Source: an uncultured Roseivirgaceae bacterium
GTDB taxonomy: Bacteria; Bacteroidota; Bacteroidia; Cytophagales; Cyclobacteriaceae
Direction: 5' to 3'
NCBI GenBank assembly: GCA_964543195.1
Contig: CAZIXF010000014.1
Location: forward strand, 27,144-91,143
DNA: 64,000 nucleotides
The position numbers and the translations under genes are program-made. Below are positions 1-9,802 of this stretch, piece after piece (the stretch's first letter is position 1; each line of letters opens with the position of its first letter). The notes under the pieces are model-generated. The model saw nothing but the letters and a program-made list of their open reading frames with translations. It had not been told where the DNA came from and searched no databases.

Positions 1-113
1 AATTAATTGGGTTTTAAAGGATCAAAATATCATTTTTCTGTAATCTTACCTATATTGAAAGTTAAATTTATTTTTTACTGAAAAAAATAAAGCAACTCAC
101 GGGAAAGAACAGA

Positions 114-1136
114 ATGAAGATACGCGTAAAAGAAGCTGTTGGGATCATCCGCAGGTTAACGCCGGCAAGGTTCTGGAATATGCTGCTTCTCCGGGTCAGT
201 TATCTTTTATCCAAAAGATTAAAAAGGGCGGTCCACTGGGGATATCCTATGGCCATTTCCGTCGAACCCACCACGTCATGCAATTTAAGATGCCCCGAAT
301 GTCCCAGTGGTCTGCGCTCATTCACCAGGCCCACAGGAATGCTCTCCCTTGAAAAATTCCGGCATATCATAGATTCCCTGCATCATCACACCGCTTATCT
401 CACCCTTTATTTTCAGGGAGAACCCTATTTGAATCCTGATTTTTTTGATATGATCAGTTATGCACATGAAAAAAAGATGTATACCAGTACTTCCACCAAT
501 GGTCATTTTCTACATGAAGGTAATGTAAGGAATACCATATTGAGCGGACTCGATAAATTAATCATCTCCATAGATGGGTCAGATCAGGAAACCTATGAAA
601 AATACAGGATTGGGGGGCAGCTTGAAAAGGTATTGGAAGGCACCCGTAATCTGATCCAGTACAGGGAAAAGGCCGGGGCCGACCGGCCACTGGTCGTTTT
701 TCAGTTTCTGGTCCTGGGAACCAATCAGCATCAGATCGATGAGATCAGGACTATGGGGGAACAATACAAGGTGGATGGCATAGAATTTAAATCAGCGCAG
801 ATCTACGATTACCACAATGGATCGGACCTGATCCCGGATATAGACCGGTATTCGAGGTATGAAAAAACTGCCATGGGAGCTTACCGCCTCAAGAATGACT
901 ATAAAGATCAATGCTGGCGGATGTGGAGTTCCTCTGTGATCACCTGGGACGGCCGGATCGTGCCCTGTTGTTTTGACAAAGATGCCTCCCATCAATTAGG
1001 TCATCTGTCGGATAATGACCTCAGGTCGATCTGGAAAGGTGAAGGTTACAGGGAGTTCAGGGAAAGGATACTGAGTTCCCGTAAAAGCATTGATATTTGT
1101 TCAAACTGTACCGAAGGAACCAGGGCATGGGCATGA
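114..1136 (+). CDS. radical SAM/SPASM domain-containing protein
   Basis: 340-aa ORF with ATG start. It has the radical-SAM cluster motif 'SCNLRCPEC' and a Cys-rich C-terminal SPASM/twitch-like region 'CWRMW..VPCCFDKD..CSNC'. Confidence 0.8.
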   Translation: MKIRVKEAVGIIRRLTPARFWNMLLLRVSYLLSKRLKRAVHWGYPMAISVEPTTSCNLRCPECPSGLRSFTRPTGMLSLEKFRHIIDSLHHHTAYLTLYFQGEPYLNPDFFDMISYAHEKKMYTSTSTNGHFLHEGNVRNTILSGLDKLIISIDGSDQETYEKYRIGGQLEKVLEGTRNLIQYREKAGADRPLVVFQFLVLGTNQHQIDEIRTMGEQYKVDGIEFKSAQIYDYHNGSDLIPDIDRYSRYEKTAMGAYRLKNDYKDQCWRMWSSSVITWDGRIVPCCFDKDASHQLGHLSDNDLRSIWKGEGYREFRERILSSRKSIDICSNCTEGTRAWA

Positions 1137-1156
1137 CCGGAAAGCGGGATTTGGAA

Positions 1157-1330
1157 TTATTTTTCCGAATGATTCCGGATCATCTGTTTCCGCATCTTTT
1201 TCACATCCCCCGGATCACAATTGCAGCCGGTTCCGCAATCCTTATCCGTATTGATTGATTTCCAGAGCAGGTATCCCACATAACTGATCGCGGCAATAAA
1301 TATGGCAAATACTAAAATTTCCTGAATCAT
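1157..1330 (-). CDS. small Cys-rich membrane protein (resembles FeoB-associated Cys-rich membrane protein family), 57 aa
   Basis: Hand-translated because it is below the 60-aa track cutoff: MIQEILVFAIFIAAISYVGYLLWKSINTDKDCGTGCNCDPGDVKKMRKQMIRNHSEK. It has one N-terminal TM helix followed by a C-x3-C-x-C motif. It lies 39 nt downstream of the suhB-like gene on the same strand. Confidence 0.5.
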   Translation of the reverse strand: MIQEILVFAIFIAAISYVGYLLWKSINTDKDCGTGCNCDPGDVKKMRKQMIRNHSEK

Positions 1331-1369
1331 AATCTGATCTCCTCAAATTCAATGCAAATATAATCAATT

Positions 1370-2170
1370 TCAACCATACCAGAACCTTTTTATTATTTTC
1401 TGCATCTCGGGCTGTAACCGGTTGCCGGCAATGATCTCTTCGCCAAAGATGAAATTATCGCTTCCGTTAAAATCAGTAATGATGCCACCGGCCTGCTGAA
1501 CGATAAGGGCTCCTGCCGCCACATCCCAGGGATTGAGTGAAAATTCGAAAAAACCTTCGCTCTTGCCGCTGGCCACATAAGCGAGATCTACAGCAGCACT
1601 TCCAAATCTTCTGAGACCGTGCGAATTGGCCAGGAAATGGTACATGATCTTATTGAAATCTTCGATCCGGCTGAAATCTTTATAGGGATAACCGGTTATA
1701 TACAGGCCGTCCCTAAAATCATCCACCCCGGATACCCTGATCACCTCGCCATTACAATAGGCTTTTCCTCCTTTCTGAGCGTAATAACAATCATCGGCAG
1801 GCAGGTCGTAGATCACGCCAAGCAGTATATCCTGATCGTCCATAAGGGCAATACTTATCGAATAGGGTGGAAGACCGTGCATGAAATTGGTGGTGCCGTC
1901 GAGCGGATCGATCACCCAGTTGATCTTCTTTGCTTCACCGGTGCCTTCCTCCGCGATGAATCCCGCTTCCGGGAGGATCTTACCCAGCGCATCCACGAGA
2001 AATTTTTCAGCTTGTTTGTCCACATAGGAAACCAGGTCATTCTGGCCTTTGTACTCAATTTTTGAAAAATCAAAGTTTGCTTTCTCGTTCTCAATAAACT
2101 CACCGGCTCGTTTGCCGATCTCTATGGTTTCGGAAAGAAGTTTATCTATGTCCATATTTTGTTTTTTCAT
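1370..2170 (-). CDS. suhB: inositol monophosphatase family protein
   Basis: 'WVIDPLDGTTNF' and 'GSAAVDLAYVASG' are IMPase signature regions. The track ORF begins at a TTG (2206), so I prefer the in-frame ATG at 2170 (MKKQNMDID..). Confidence 0.85.
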   Translation of the reverse strand: MKKQNMDIDKLLSETIEIGKRAGEFIENEKANFDFSKIEYKGQNDLVSYVDKQAEKFLVDALGKILPEAGFIAEEGTGEAKKINWVIDPLDGTTNFMHGLPPYSISIALMDDQDILLGVIYDLPADDCYYAQKGGKAYCNGEVIRVSGVDDFRDGLYITGYPYKDFSRIEDFNKIMYHFLANSHGLRRFGSAAVDLAYVASGKSEGFFEFSLNPWDVAAGALIVQQAGGIITDFNGSDNFIFGEEIIAGNRLQPEMQKIIKRFWYG

Positions 2171-2213
2171 ATAAGTTGTCACAAAGATACTTGATGTGCC
2201 TGCCAAATAAAAC

Positions 2214-2894
2214 CTACCTGTTCCCCGCCACTACCAGTACGATTTCACCTTTGGGCGGATGTAAGTTATAGTGTTCGGCCAGTTCCCCGAGTGTCCCGTT
2301 CCTGGTTTCTTCGAATTTTTTGGTGAGTTCTCTTGACACGGAGGCATGACGGTCCGGACCAATGGCAGCAGCAAGCTCCTTTAATGTTTTGGCGAGCCTG
2401 AAGGGAGATTCATAGAAGACCATGGTACGGGTTTCATCCTTCAGGCTCCCGATCCTTGATTTACGACCTTTCTTATGAGGCAGGAAACCTTCAAAAGTAA
2501 ATCTATCATCGGGCAGACCCGATTTAACCAGGGCCGGTACAAAAGCCGTGGGTCCCGGCAACACCTCGAATTCAATTTCATTTTCCAGGCAGGCCTTAAT
2601 TATCAGGTATCCCGGATCCGAAATGCCGGGGGTGCCTGCATCAGTAACCAGGGCGATACGAAGCCCTTCTTTAAGGCTATTAATTACTTCCGGAGTGATC
2701 TTATGCTCATTATGGGCATGATAACTCCGGAGTTTCGTTTCGATCTGATAATGAAGGAGCAGCTTTTTTGTGACCCGGGTATCTTCGGCGAGGATCAGAT
2801 CACATTCTTTCAATATCCTGATCGCCCGCAAAGTTATATCCTCAAGGTTGCCGATTGGAGTGGGTACAAGGAATAACCGGGAGTGTTCTTTCAT
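2214..2894 (-). CDS. rsmI: 16S rRNA (cytidine1402-2'-O)-methyltransferase
   Basis: 226 aa. 'LFLVPTPIGNLEDITLRA..' and 'DAGTPGISDPG' are typical RsmI/tetrapyrrole-methylase-fold motifs. Confidence 0.9.
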   Translation of the reverse strand: MKEHSRLFLVPTPIGNLEDITLRAIRILKECDLILAEDTRVTKKLLLHYQIETKLRSYHAHNEHKITPEVINSLKEGLRIALVTDAGTPGISDPGYLIIKACLENEIEFEVLPGPTAFVPALVKSGLPDDRFTFEGFLPHKKGRKSRIGSLKDETRTMVFYESPFRLAKTLKELAAAIGPDRHASVSRELTKKFEETRNGTLGELAEHYNLHPPKGEIVLVVAGNR

Positions 2895-2909
2895 GGATTT
2901 CCGGCTATG

Positions 2910-3143
2910 TTATTTAACCAGTTTATCGATTTCGGCGGCAAGTTCCCTGTCTTTCTCCGTGACCACACCGCCTGCATCATGGGTGCTTAGTTCGATTTTA
3001 ACCGTATTATACACATTTTCCCAGACGGGATGATGGTTTACCTTTTCAGCTACAATAGCCACTTTCGACATAAAACCAAAGGCTTCTATGAAATTGTCGA
3101 ATTCAAAGGTCCGGTGCAATGCATTATTTTCTTCCTTCCACAT
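2910..3143 (-). CDS. 4a-hydroxytetrahydrobiopterin dehydratase
   Basis: 77 aa. 'F.DF..AF.FM..VA..AEK.NHHP.W.NVYN.V.I.L.THD' is the PCD/DCoH pattern. Confidence 0.85.
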   Translation of the reverse strand: MWKEENNALHRTFEFDNFIEAFGFMSKVAIVAEKVNHHPVWENVYNTVKIELSTHDAGGVVTEKDRELAAEIDKLVK

Positions 3144-4368
3144 ATTGTTGTTTTTTAATGTTAAAATAGATTGCTGCTGATCTGATGATCAGGATCAGCA
3201 GGATCGGTATAGTAGCCACATGGAATTGTTGAGGTATAAATTTCCACCCGATCAGTAAAAGGATAAATAATATCGTCCAGAATAAAAAATAATAGGAAGT
3301 TAATTTTTTCAGCCTGGCCTTATATAACATCACCGGAACCAGCAAATGGGTAGGGAAAGCCCAGAGGATATTCAGATTATCCTTTGTAGCCATATGATCG
3401 GTCCAGAACCACAATAAGGCCATGATCAGCCCGGCCAGACCGATAATCAGAAAAATTGCAGAATCTACGTTTTTAAGGTATTTTTTTCTTTTTCGTTCAT
3501 AAAAATAGATCAGGATGACCAATATCAGCAATCCTGAAAAGAAGATCAGTGGAGTGAACCAGCCCCCTGTCCGGCCATCTCCCGATTCTTCAAATAAAAC
3601 CCGGGTCCTTGCCACAAAAGGGATAAGCCTGTCTCCTTCTCTTAATTCGGCATATTCAAAAGCATCGAATAATTTGAACGGAAGGAACATATAATCCCAG
3701 GCCTCGGCCGTTTTATCGGCAGGAAGGCCCAGCACCAGGTCAATCCCGAAGTCGCCCCATGGAGCCTGAACCTGGAGGTATTCATCCAGCAGTTGACGGA
3801 AGGTTTTGTTATGCTCGATATGGTCATCATTAAAGATCAGCTTTTTACCCAGTACCGATTTGAACACATCACGGATACGCGACGAGCAGTTATCATAAAA
3901 GAAATCATAAAGGTAGAACCGGTTTTCAGGATAATAGTTGACTTCCAGGAACTGATAGACAAGATTTTTTTCCTCCTGGCTAAGATCCAGGATCTGTTCA
4001 TACAGCGATTGATTGAGGTAGCGGTAGGTGACCAGCATTCGCTGGAATTCATATTTTGATAGCCAGTAATTCAGCTTCCCGCGCATGAATTTGATATAAA
4101 ATCCTTCCGTATCAAAATCGAAAGTCCCATAATTATATACTTCATCGATCTGATTTACCGGATCGTAAACACGGATGGCGCTATGGCCGAATTTGGTAAA
4201 AAGGGGGCCTCCCGGAGCGCCTGTGATCAGGCTTATCTGGGCGTATTCAGAAAGTGAATCAATGGGTGAGGCGGACAGAGGATCAACGGACGAATCCTTA
4301 TCCTGGCCCCTGGCTCCAGGGATTAAAAAATGTAAAAAAAAGCAGGAAAGAAAAAACCACCGGATCAT
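3124..4368 (-). CDS. DUF4105 (Lnb N-terminal periplasmic domain) membrane protein
   Basis: 414 aa with a signal peptide, '[11 protein letters not shown]' typical of DUF4105, and C-terminal multi-TM segments. Confidence 0.75.
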   Translation of the reverse strand: MIRWFFLSCFFLHFLIPGARGQDKDSSVDPLSASPIDSLSEYAQISLITGAPGGPLFTKFGHSAIRVYDPVNQIDEVYNYGTFDFDTEGFYIKFMRGKLNYWLSKYEFQRMLVTYRYLNQSLYEQILDLSQEEKNLVYQFLEVNYYPENRFYLYDFFYDNCSSRIRDVFKSVLGKKLIFNDDHIEHNKTFRQLLDEYLQVQAPWGDFGIDLVLGLPADKTAEAWDYMFLPFKLFDAFEYAELREGDRLIPFVARTRVLFEESGDGRTGGWFTPLIFFSGLLILVILIYFYERKRKKYLKNVDSAIFLIIGLAGLIMALLWFWTDHMATKDNLNILWAFPTHLLVPVMLYKARLKKLTSYYFLFWTILFILLLIGWKFIPQQFHVATIPILLILIIRSAAIYFNIKKQQYVEGRK

Positions 4369-4374
4369 CGCGAA

Positions 4375-5079
4375 TTATTTTTGAGCCACCAGAATGTATT
4401 GATATTGAAGACTGCCCTGGTCGCTTTCCAGTATGTTAAAACCGGCGCTTCGTATAAGGCTGGCTGCCTGTTCTACGGATACTTTTTCTATATCGGGCGG
4501 CCCGATCGGCATATCACCCGTTTTAAAATCGACCACGATCAATTTGCCACCCGGTTTCAATCCCTGCCGGATCTTTTTCAGATAACTGATCCGGTTGTTC
4601 AGGATATAAAAGGTATTTACGATCAACACCCAGTCTGCTTCTTCCGGACCAATAGCGGGATCATCCGGAACCGTGAGCCTGGTGATCAGGTTTTCTGAAA
4701 ATTCTTCCGGCAGGTCTGATTTTCGTTCTTCAATATAATCGATGAATTTTTGCTCGATGTCTATGCCGATCACCCGTCCTCCCTCTCTTAATATCCGGAA
4801 TGCAAAATATCCGGTCCCTACCCCGATATCAGCAATGGTCTTGCCTGACAGATCTCCCATCTTGTCGAGTACCATTTGCGGGTTCTGCCAGTTAACCCTT
4901 TCCGGATCTTCCAGATTTTTTACAAGGGATTCAAAATCTTCAATTGATATATCTTCCAGCTGTGTCGAATCCTGATGTGTAGTTTGTGAAGCGGGCTCAT
5001 TTACAGGTTTATCCTGATCAGTTGAAGTGCAGGCAAGCAAAAAAATGCCGGCCACGTAAATTAAAATGCACCTGTTCAT
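4375..5079 (-). CDS. class I SAM-dependent methyltransferase (lipoprotein signal)
   Basis: Lipobox 'LLAC', then the SAM-binding motif I 'IADIGVGTGYF' and 'LKPGGKLIVVDF'. Confidence 0.8.
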   Translation of the reverse strand: MNRCILIYVAGIFLLACTSTDQDKPVNEPASQTTHQDSTQLEDISIEDFESLVKNLEDPERVNWQNPQMVLDKMGDLSGKTIADIGVGTGYFAFRILREGGRVIGIDIEQKFIDYIEERKSDLPEEFSENLITRLTVPDDPAIGPEEADWVLIVNTFYILNNRISYLKKIRQGLKPGGKLIVVDFKTGDMPIGPPDIEKVSVEQAASLIRSAGFNILESDQGSLQYQYILVAQK

Positions 5080-5143
5080 ATAAATGAAACGATTAGAACC
5101 CCAATATTATACCAATAAATTCACTTACTCAAAAGAAAGTGAT

Positions 5144-5416
5144 CTAAAGTGAGATTATTCCATCAATATTATATGCCTGTTTATAAATATTGATTATTTC
5201 ATCACTGGACTCCACGCGGATCTTGATGGATAAGCCGACGTATTTTCCCGTTTTGGATTTTTTGGTCCTGGTCTTCCCTTCGGGTAAAACAGACTTCAGG
5301 TTTTCTATCTGATCATTGGGAACAATGAACTTGAACAGATAGGTGGTCGGGAAATCATAATGATTTTCCAGTTGATTTCTAAACTGTTCAACCTTTTTCT
5401 TCTCTTTTTCCTTCAA
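5144..5416 (-). CDS. DUF493 (YbeD-like) family protein
   Basis: 90 aa. 'YDFPTTYLFKFIVPND' and the overall size match DUF493. Confidence 0.7.
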   Translation of the reverse strand: MKEKEKKKVEQFRNQLENHYDFPTTYLFKFIVPNDQIENLKSVLPEGKTRTKKSKTGKYVGLSIKIRVESSDEIINIYKQAYNIDGIISL

Positions 5417-5424
5417 TGGATCTC

Positions 5425-7533
5425 CTAGAAAAACTTATATCGTTCATCAACTATATCGGAATATTCTTTTACTGCCTCGGAAAGCAGGTAGGAAGCCTGA
5501 CTGGTTCTTCTCTGCTCCAGTTGATTCTTGTAATTCGAGTAATCCGCAATTTCAGGGGGTTCAATCAATCCATTCAATTTAATGATCACTATGCCGTCAT
5601 TTTCTTCAACGGGTTCCGATACCTCTCCTTCCTCAAGAGAAAAAGCAACCCCCACTGATTTGGGAGCAAAGCCCACGCTAGGCAATGAATTGGAACTGAG
5701 CCGGAGGTCTGGATGCGAATACACATTGGCATCTTCTCCGTACTGACTGGCTATTTCTTCCAGGGTGCCTTGCAGTGTATTCAATCGCTGAATGATGATA
5801 TCTCCCTTGAGCTGATTTTTTACTTTGGGTAATATCTGCTCCCTTACATCCTCCAGCCCGGCCACCCCGGCCTCGGTTTTATCCGTGAGTACGGCCACCA
5901 CATAGGCATCCTGAAGTTCAAAAACGTCGGATACCTCACCGATGGAGGCATCTACGAATGCCCAGCGTATGATCTGTTCTGCTTCACCCAATCCCGTAAT
6001 ACGCCTGTCGTTTTTGCCAATATCTTCCGCTGTATTGATCACCAGGGAATCGGTGGCTGCATTTTCTTCGAACGCCTTCCTGTTTCCGGAAATGCTTGTA
6101 AAATAATCGGCCTGGCGGAAGGCTTCGTTACGGGTTTCGTCGCTGGCAATGATCTCTCTTTCGATGGTAGCCACTTTGAAAAGTTTGTTTGTTCTGACCC
6201 CGGTTACATTGATCAGATGAAATCCATACTCGCTTTCCACTACCCGTGGGATCAATCCTTCGCTGTTACGGGAAAAAACCGCATCGGCAAAAGGTTTTAC
6301 CATCCTGTTTTCATTAAACCAACCCAGGTCTCCGCCACTGGAAGCTGAGGGATCATCGCTGTTGTTTCTTGCCAGGAAGGCAAAATTGGCACCGTTCCTT
6401 AACTGGTTCAGCAGATCCAGCGCTTCCCTTCCTGCCGCATTCCTGTCGGCTGCGCTTTCTGAATCCGGCCTGATCAGGATATGACTTGCTCTTGCATGAT
6501 ACACAGTATCATCAACCACGCCGGATATCTTATGTACAATAAAGTTCCCGCCCTGTAAATAAGGACCGATGATATCTCCCTTTTCGAGTTCCCGGTATTG
6601 ATCTCTGAGCCTCAAAGGAAGCTGACCGATATTATAGGTGCCGAATGGACGGTCCCCGTCGGTATTGATCCGGGCATAGATCGAGTCATCGTTTACCTGC
6701 CGGAGTTGCTCTGTAAGTTCCTCAATCTCCTGACGGGTGTAAAGGGTATCCCCGGAGGAGGGAGTGATCGGGAAGGATACATAATTCAGCGTTCTGCCGT
6801 CTTCTAATATATATTCATTTTCATGTTCCCGGAGATAAGCCCTCAGGTCACTTTCAGCCACTTCAACGAGCGTATCACTTACCGTATAATAGGGCACATA
6901 TAAATATTCGACCTCGGCTGTGGTGTTTTCCAGCCGATATTGTGTTCTGGCTTCGGCCGTGGTAACAAAATTTGATTTTACAATGAGGTTATCGTATTTC
7001 ATTCGCAGCCTGGAGGGTTCAAGATTGCTTTCAAAAAGATACCATCCGGCCTGCTGCTGGGGGTTCATCTGGTCAATGTTCTGAAGAAAGGTTACGATCT
7101 GTTCACGGTTGAATTCACCGGTTTCAGGATTGGTGAAGGCCTGTACGAGATCGGGATGGATATTATTTCCCTGTACCATGTCGACCAGTTCTTCTTCGGT
7201 AATCTCGAGACCGAGTTTTTCATATTGTTTCTGAAAGGCTTTTTTTACGATCAGATAATCCCAGGCCTGTTGACGGATTGAGATCATATCGGACTCGGTG
7301 GGATTTCTGCCGAAATTGAGGGTATAATTATACTTCAACTCTTCAATCTGCTGAAGGTATTCTTCCCGGGGAATTTCTTCACCGGCAATTTCACCTACTG
7401 TGTTCTTGCCTTTACCCAGGATCACTGAATTCGGACCCAGTATATCACCCCCTATAAGGAATAAAATCAATCCAAAAGCGATAATACCAACTGCTAATCC
7501 TGTCTTTTCCCGTATTTTACTTATTAGTGCCAT
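5425..7533 (-). CDS. periplasmic chaperone / peptidyl-prolyl isomerase, PpiD/SurA-like
   Basis: 702 aa with an N-terminal membrane anchor. The parvulin core is 'HARASHILIRPD...GGDLGWF..MVKPFADAVF...SEYGFHLI'. Confidence 0.85.
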   Translation of the reverse strand: MALISKIREKTGLAVGIIAFGLILFLIGGDILGPNSVILGKGKNTVGEIAGEEIPREEYLQQIEELKYNYTLNFGRNPTESDMISIRQQAWDYLIVKKAFQKQYEKLGLEITEEELVDMVQGNNIHPDLVQAFTNPETGEFNREQIVTFLQNIDQMNPQQQAGWYLFESNLEPSRLRMKYDNLIVKSNFVTTAEARTQYRLENTTAEVEYLYVPYYTVSDTLVEVAESDLRAYLREHENEYILEDGRTLNYVSFPITPSSGDTLYTRQEIEELTEQLRQVNDDSIYARINTDGDRPFGTYNIGQLPLRLRDQYRELEKGDIIGPYLQGGNFIVHKISGVVDDTVYHARASHILIRPDSESAADRNAAGREALDLLNQLRNGANFAFLARNNSDDPSASSGGDLGWFNENRMVKPFADAVFSRNSEGLIPRVVESEYGFHLINVTGVRTNKLFKVATIEREIIASDETRNEAFRQADYFTSISGNRKAFEENAATDSLVINTAEDIGKNDRRITGLGEAEQIIRWAFVDASIGEVSDVFELQDAYVVAVLTDKTEAGVAGLEDVREQILPKVKNQLKGDIIIQRLNTLQGTLEEIASQYGEDANVYSHPDLRLSSNSLPSVGFAPKSVGVAFSLEEGEVSEPVEENDGIVIIKLNGLIEPPEIADYSNYKNQLEQRRTSQASYLLSEAVKEYSDIVDERYKFF

Positions 7534-7553
7534 TATTTAATAGTTAAGAGGCG

Positions 7554-7561
7554 CAAAAATA
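7554..7561 (-). promoter_or_regulatory. Bacteroidota -7 box (TATTTTTG on minus strand)
   Basis: CAAAAATA on the + strand, 21 nt upstream of the ATG at 7533. It is a perfect match to the TAnnTTTG consensus. Confidence 0.4.
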
Positions 7562-7610
7562 AATAGTATTGCATTAAACTCAAAATCTCTCTGCCTCAAT
7601 GAATTCCATT

Positions 7611-8891
7611 TTATGCCGCATCGGACTCCATGATGGTGAACTTCACCAGGTTTATCCGGTTTTCCTCGATAGATACTACATGAAATTTGAATGGTTTTAT
7701 GATAATATCCTGGTTGAGATAGGGAATATCTTCGGTAACCGATAGGATAAATCCGCCAAGCGTATCATATTCACCCCGGGGAATATTCCAGCCGTATTTT
7801 TCATTCAGATAGTCAATCTCATGGCGGGCACTCAAAAGATAGGTATGATCATCGATCTGATGTTCGACAAGGTCCTGTTCGTCATACTCATCTTCAATTT
7901 CCCCGAAAATTTCTTCAATGATGTCTTCTATGGTAACGATCCCGGATGTGCCACCAAATTCATCGACGACCAAAGCCAGGCTTTTCCTTTCGGTGATAAA
8001 CTGGACAAGCAACTCATTCGCAGGCATGGTTTCCGGTACGATTATGATCGGTGTCAGGATTTTGGAGAGATCACCGGGTTTTTTGAACAGATCCAGCGAA
8101 TGACAGTATCCGATAATTTCATCGATGGAGTCTTTGTATACCAGTATCTTGGAATGGCCGCTTTCCATAAATTCTTTTTTAAGAATCTCTATGTTATCGT
8201 TGATGTCTACTGCAATGATCTCAGGACGCGGGATCATACATTCCCTTATTTTTACCGTCTTGAACTCCAGTGCATTATTGAAAATTTTGGTGTCTACGTC
8301 GAATACCCGGTCGGTTTTTTCTTCAATGATCTTACTTTTAATGAAATTATTGAGATCGGTTAATCCGAAAACAGGTTCATCCTCTTTGAATTTAAGACGC
8401 AATGCTTTTATGATGATAAATTTAGAAACATTTACAACCACATAAACGACAGGATATAAAAGGATGTATATAATCCAGATGGGGATAGCCAGGATCTTCA
8501 GCATCTGGTTGGGATTGATCAGGAAAATGCTTTTCGGAATAAATTCAGCGGTAAGCAATACGATCAGAGTGGCCATTACTGTTTGAAGCATAAAAATCAC
8601 GGTCTGGTTATTCAGTATCTCCGGCAGATTTGTGGCCAGCATGGGTTCGATCAGGTTGGCCATAAAAATACCATATACCACCAGTGATATGGTATTCCCG
8701 ATCAATGTGGTGCCGATAAAATGAGAAGGATTTTTAGTCAATTTTGATATGATCTTACCGGATAAATAACCTTTCCCCTTGTCCAGTTCGATGCGTAATT
8801 TATCAGAAGAAACAAATGCTATTTCAGTACCCGAAAAAAAACCTGAAAAGACAAGTGATATGATAATGGCCGACCATGTTGAATTTTCCAT
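7611..8891 (-). CDS. CNNM/DUF21-CBS-CorC family transporter (hemolysin/GldE-like)
   Basis: 426 aa with N-terminal DUF21 TM helices, a CBS pair, and the C-terminal CorC_HlyC region 'DTLGGFI'. Confidence 0.85.
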   Translation of the reverse strand: MENSTWSAIIISLVFSGFFSGTEIAFVSSDKLRIELDKGKGYLSGKIISKLTKNPSHFIGTTLIGNTISLVVYGIFMANLIEPMLATNLPEILNNQTVIFMLQTVMATLIVLLTAEFIPKSIFLINPNQMLKILAIPIWIIYILLYPVVYVVVNVSKFIIIKALRLKFKEDEPVFGLTDLNNFIKSKIIEEKTDRVFDVDTKIFNNALEFKTVKIRECMIPRPEIIAVDINDNIEILKKEFMESGHSKILVYKDSIDEIIGYCHSLDLFKKPGDLSKILTPIIIVPETMPANELLVQFITERKSLALVVDEFGGTSGIVTIEDIIEEIFGEIEDEYDEQDLVEHQIDDHTYLLSARHEIDYLNEKYGWNIPRGEYDTLGGFILSVTEDIPYLNQDIIIKPFKFHVVSIEENRINLVKFTIMESDAA

Positions 8892-8900
8892 TAATATATT

Positions 8901-9074
8901 TTAGGATCCCTGTTTATTCTTTCCTTTTCTGAATGCATAAATGAGAAATAATACAAAGCTAATCATGAAAATCCAATAGGATTCATGGAAACCTACTGTA
9001 AATGACTGATGTACGGCTATTATGAAAGTCGAGACGATCAAAGCAAACAATATGGTGTCAGTTATCTTTTTCAT
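8901..9074 (-). CDS. small hypothetical two-TM membrane protein (57 aa)
   Basis: This is the internal ATG of track ORF 8901..9248 (MKKITDTILFALIVSTFIIAV...). The longer form would overlap lptC out of frame. Confidence 0.35.
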   Translation of the reverse strand: MKKITDTILFALIVSTFIIAVHQSFTVGFHESYWIFMISFVLFLIYAFRKGKNKQGS

Positions 9075-9603
9075 CCAGTGTAATTGTTCCTCTGGCATCT
9101 GATATACTCCACCACGTAAAATCCTGACTGGCTTCCAGTCCCTCTCCCATGATAATCTCATCTTCGGTCTGAATACTGACAAACTTATTGGTATAAACGA
9201 TCTCTTTTTTAGGATCCCAGTATAATTCTTCCGTATGCAGTTCGTCACTACTTTCCAGGTTTTTAACGATCACGTTTCCAAGTGCCCGCCACTTGTTTTC
9301 ATTGGCATAGAAATAACAATAATTGGCCTCCAGGGTGGTGGATACGCTTCCATCTTTTTCATAGAATTCCAGATATATACCATTGGGGAACTGCCGGTCC
9401 TTATTTTCAAATTCTTCCTGTTTGGGTGTAACCAGTTTCAGCTTGACCGTGGCCGAATCGCTGTAGTAGGTAACCAGGTCATTCAGTTCATAGACAGGCC
9501 CTTCGTATAAGGTAAGCTCTTCGGCTTTTCTAATCTCTGTGCAACTATGGAAGAAAAGCCCGGCGAAAAGGAAAATAAAGATATGATTTTTTAGATCGAT
9601 CAT
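9058..9603 (-). CDS. lptC: LPS export ABC transporter periplasmic protein LptC-like
   Basis: ATG at 9603 gives a lipoprotein-like leader (..FFHSC) and a beta-rich LptC/OstA-like body. The track ORF start at 9681 is a TTG. Confidence 0.65.
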   Translation of the reverse strand: MIDLKNHIFIFLFAGLFFHSCTEIRKAEELTLYEGPVYELNDLVTYYSDSATVKLKLVTPKQEEFENKDRQFPNGIYLEFYEKDGSVSTTLEANYCYFYANENKWRALGNVIVKNLESSDELHTEELYWDPKKEIVYTNKFVSIQTEDEIIMGEGLEASQDFTWWSISDARGTITLDEKDN

Positions 9604-9802
9604 TTTATATTTACGGGCACTTGCTTCAAAAGCCGAATTAAAGACGGCCTGGTTTCTCAATAGTTCAAATAAAGAAATCAATCGTTGAGAAGAAATAATT
9701 CATTTTGAAACTGGCTTCTTACTGATTATTTCACCTCAGCGATTGATCTGAAAAATGGCATTGGTCTATGGGGTTCGTGTATTACCCGGTTCCTGATCTC
9801 AA

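Noticed and set aside
2171-2206. N-terminal extensions given by the ORF track at TTG codons (2206, 9681, 13126, 27252, 35590, 47093, 54477; also the upstream ATG at 29120)
   Set aside because: In each case an in-frame ATG slightly downstream gives the canonical family N-terminus or a proper signal or lipoprotein leader. Some extensions would overlap neighbouring genes or a promoter box. I kept the TTG starts for lipB and rimO, where no alternative exists.
7821-8363. Long antisense or alternative-frame ORFs inside well-supported genes (for example 7821..8363, 1619..2065, 20105..20500, 29851..30300, 35000..35527, 38224..38817, 40276..40854, 48087..48566, 49218..49742, 56951..57403)
   Set aside because: Each lies wholly within a confidently identified gene on the opposite strand or in another frame. 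They have low-complexity or unrecognisable translations and look like shadow ORFs.
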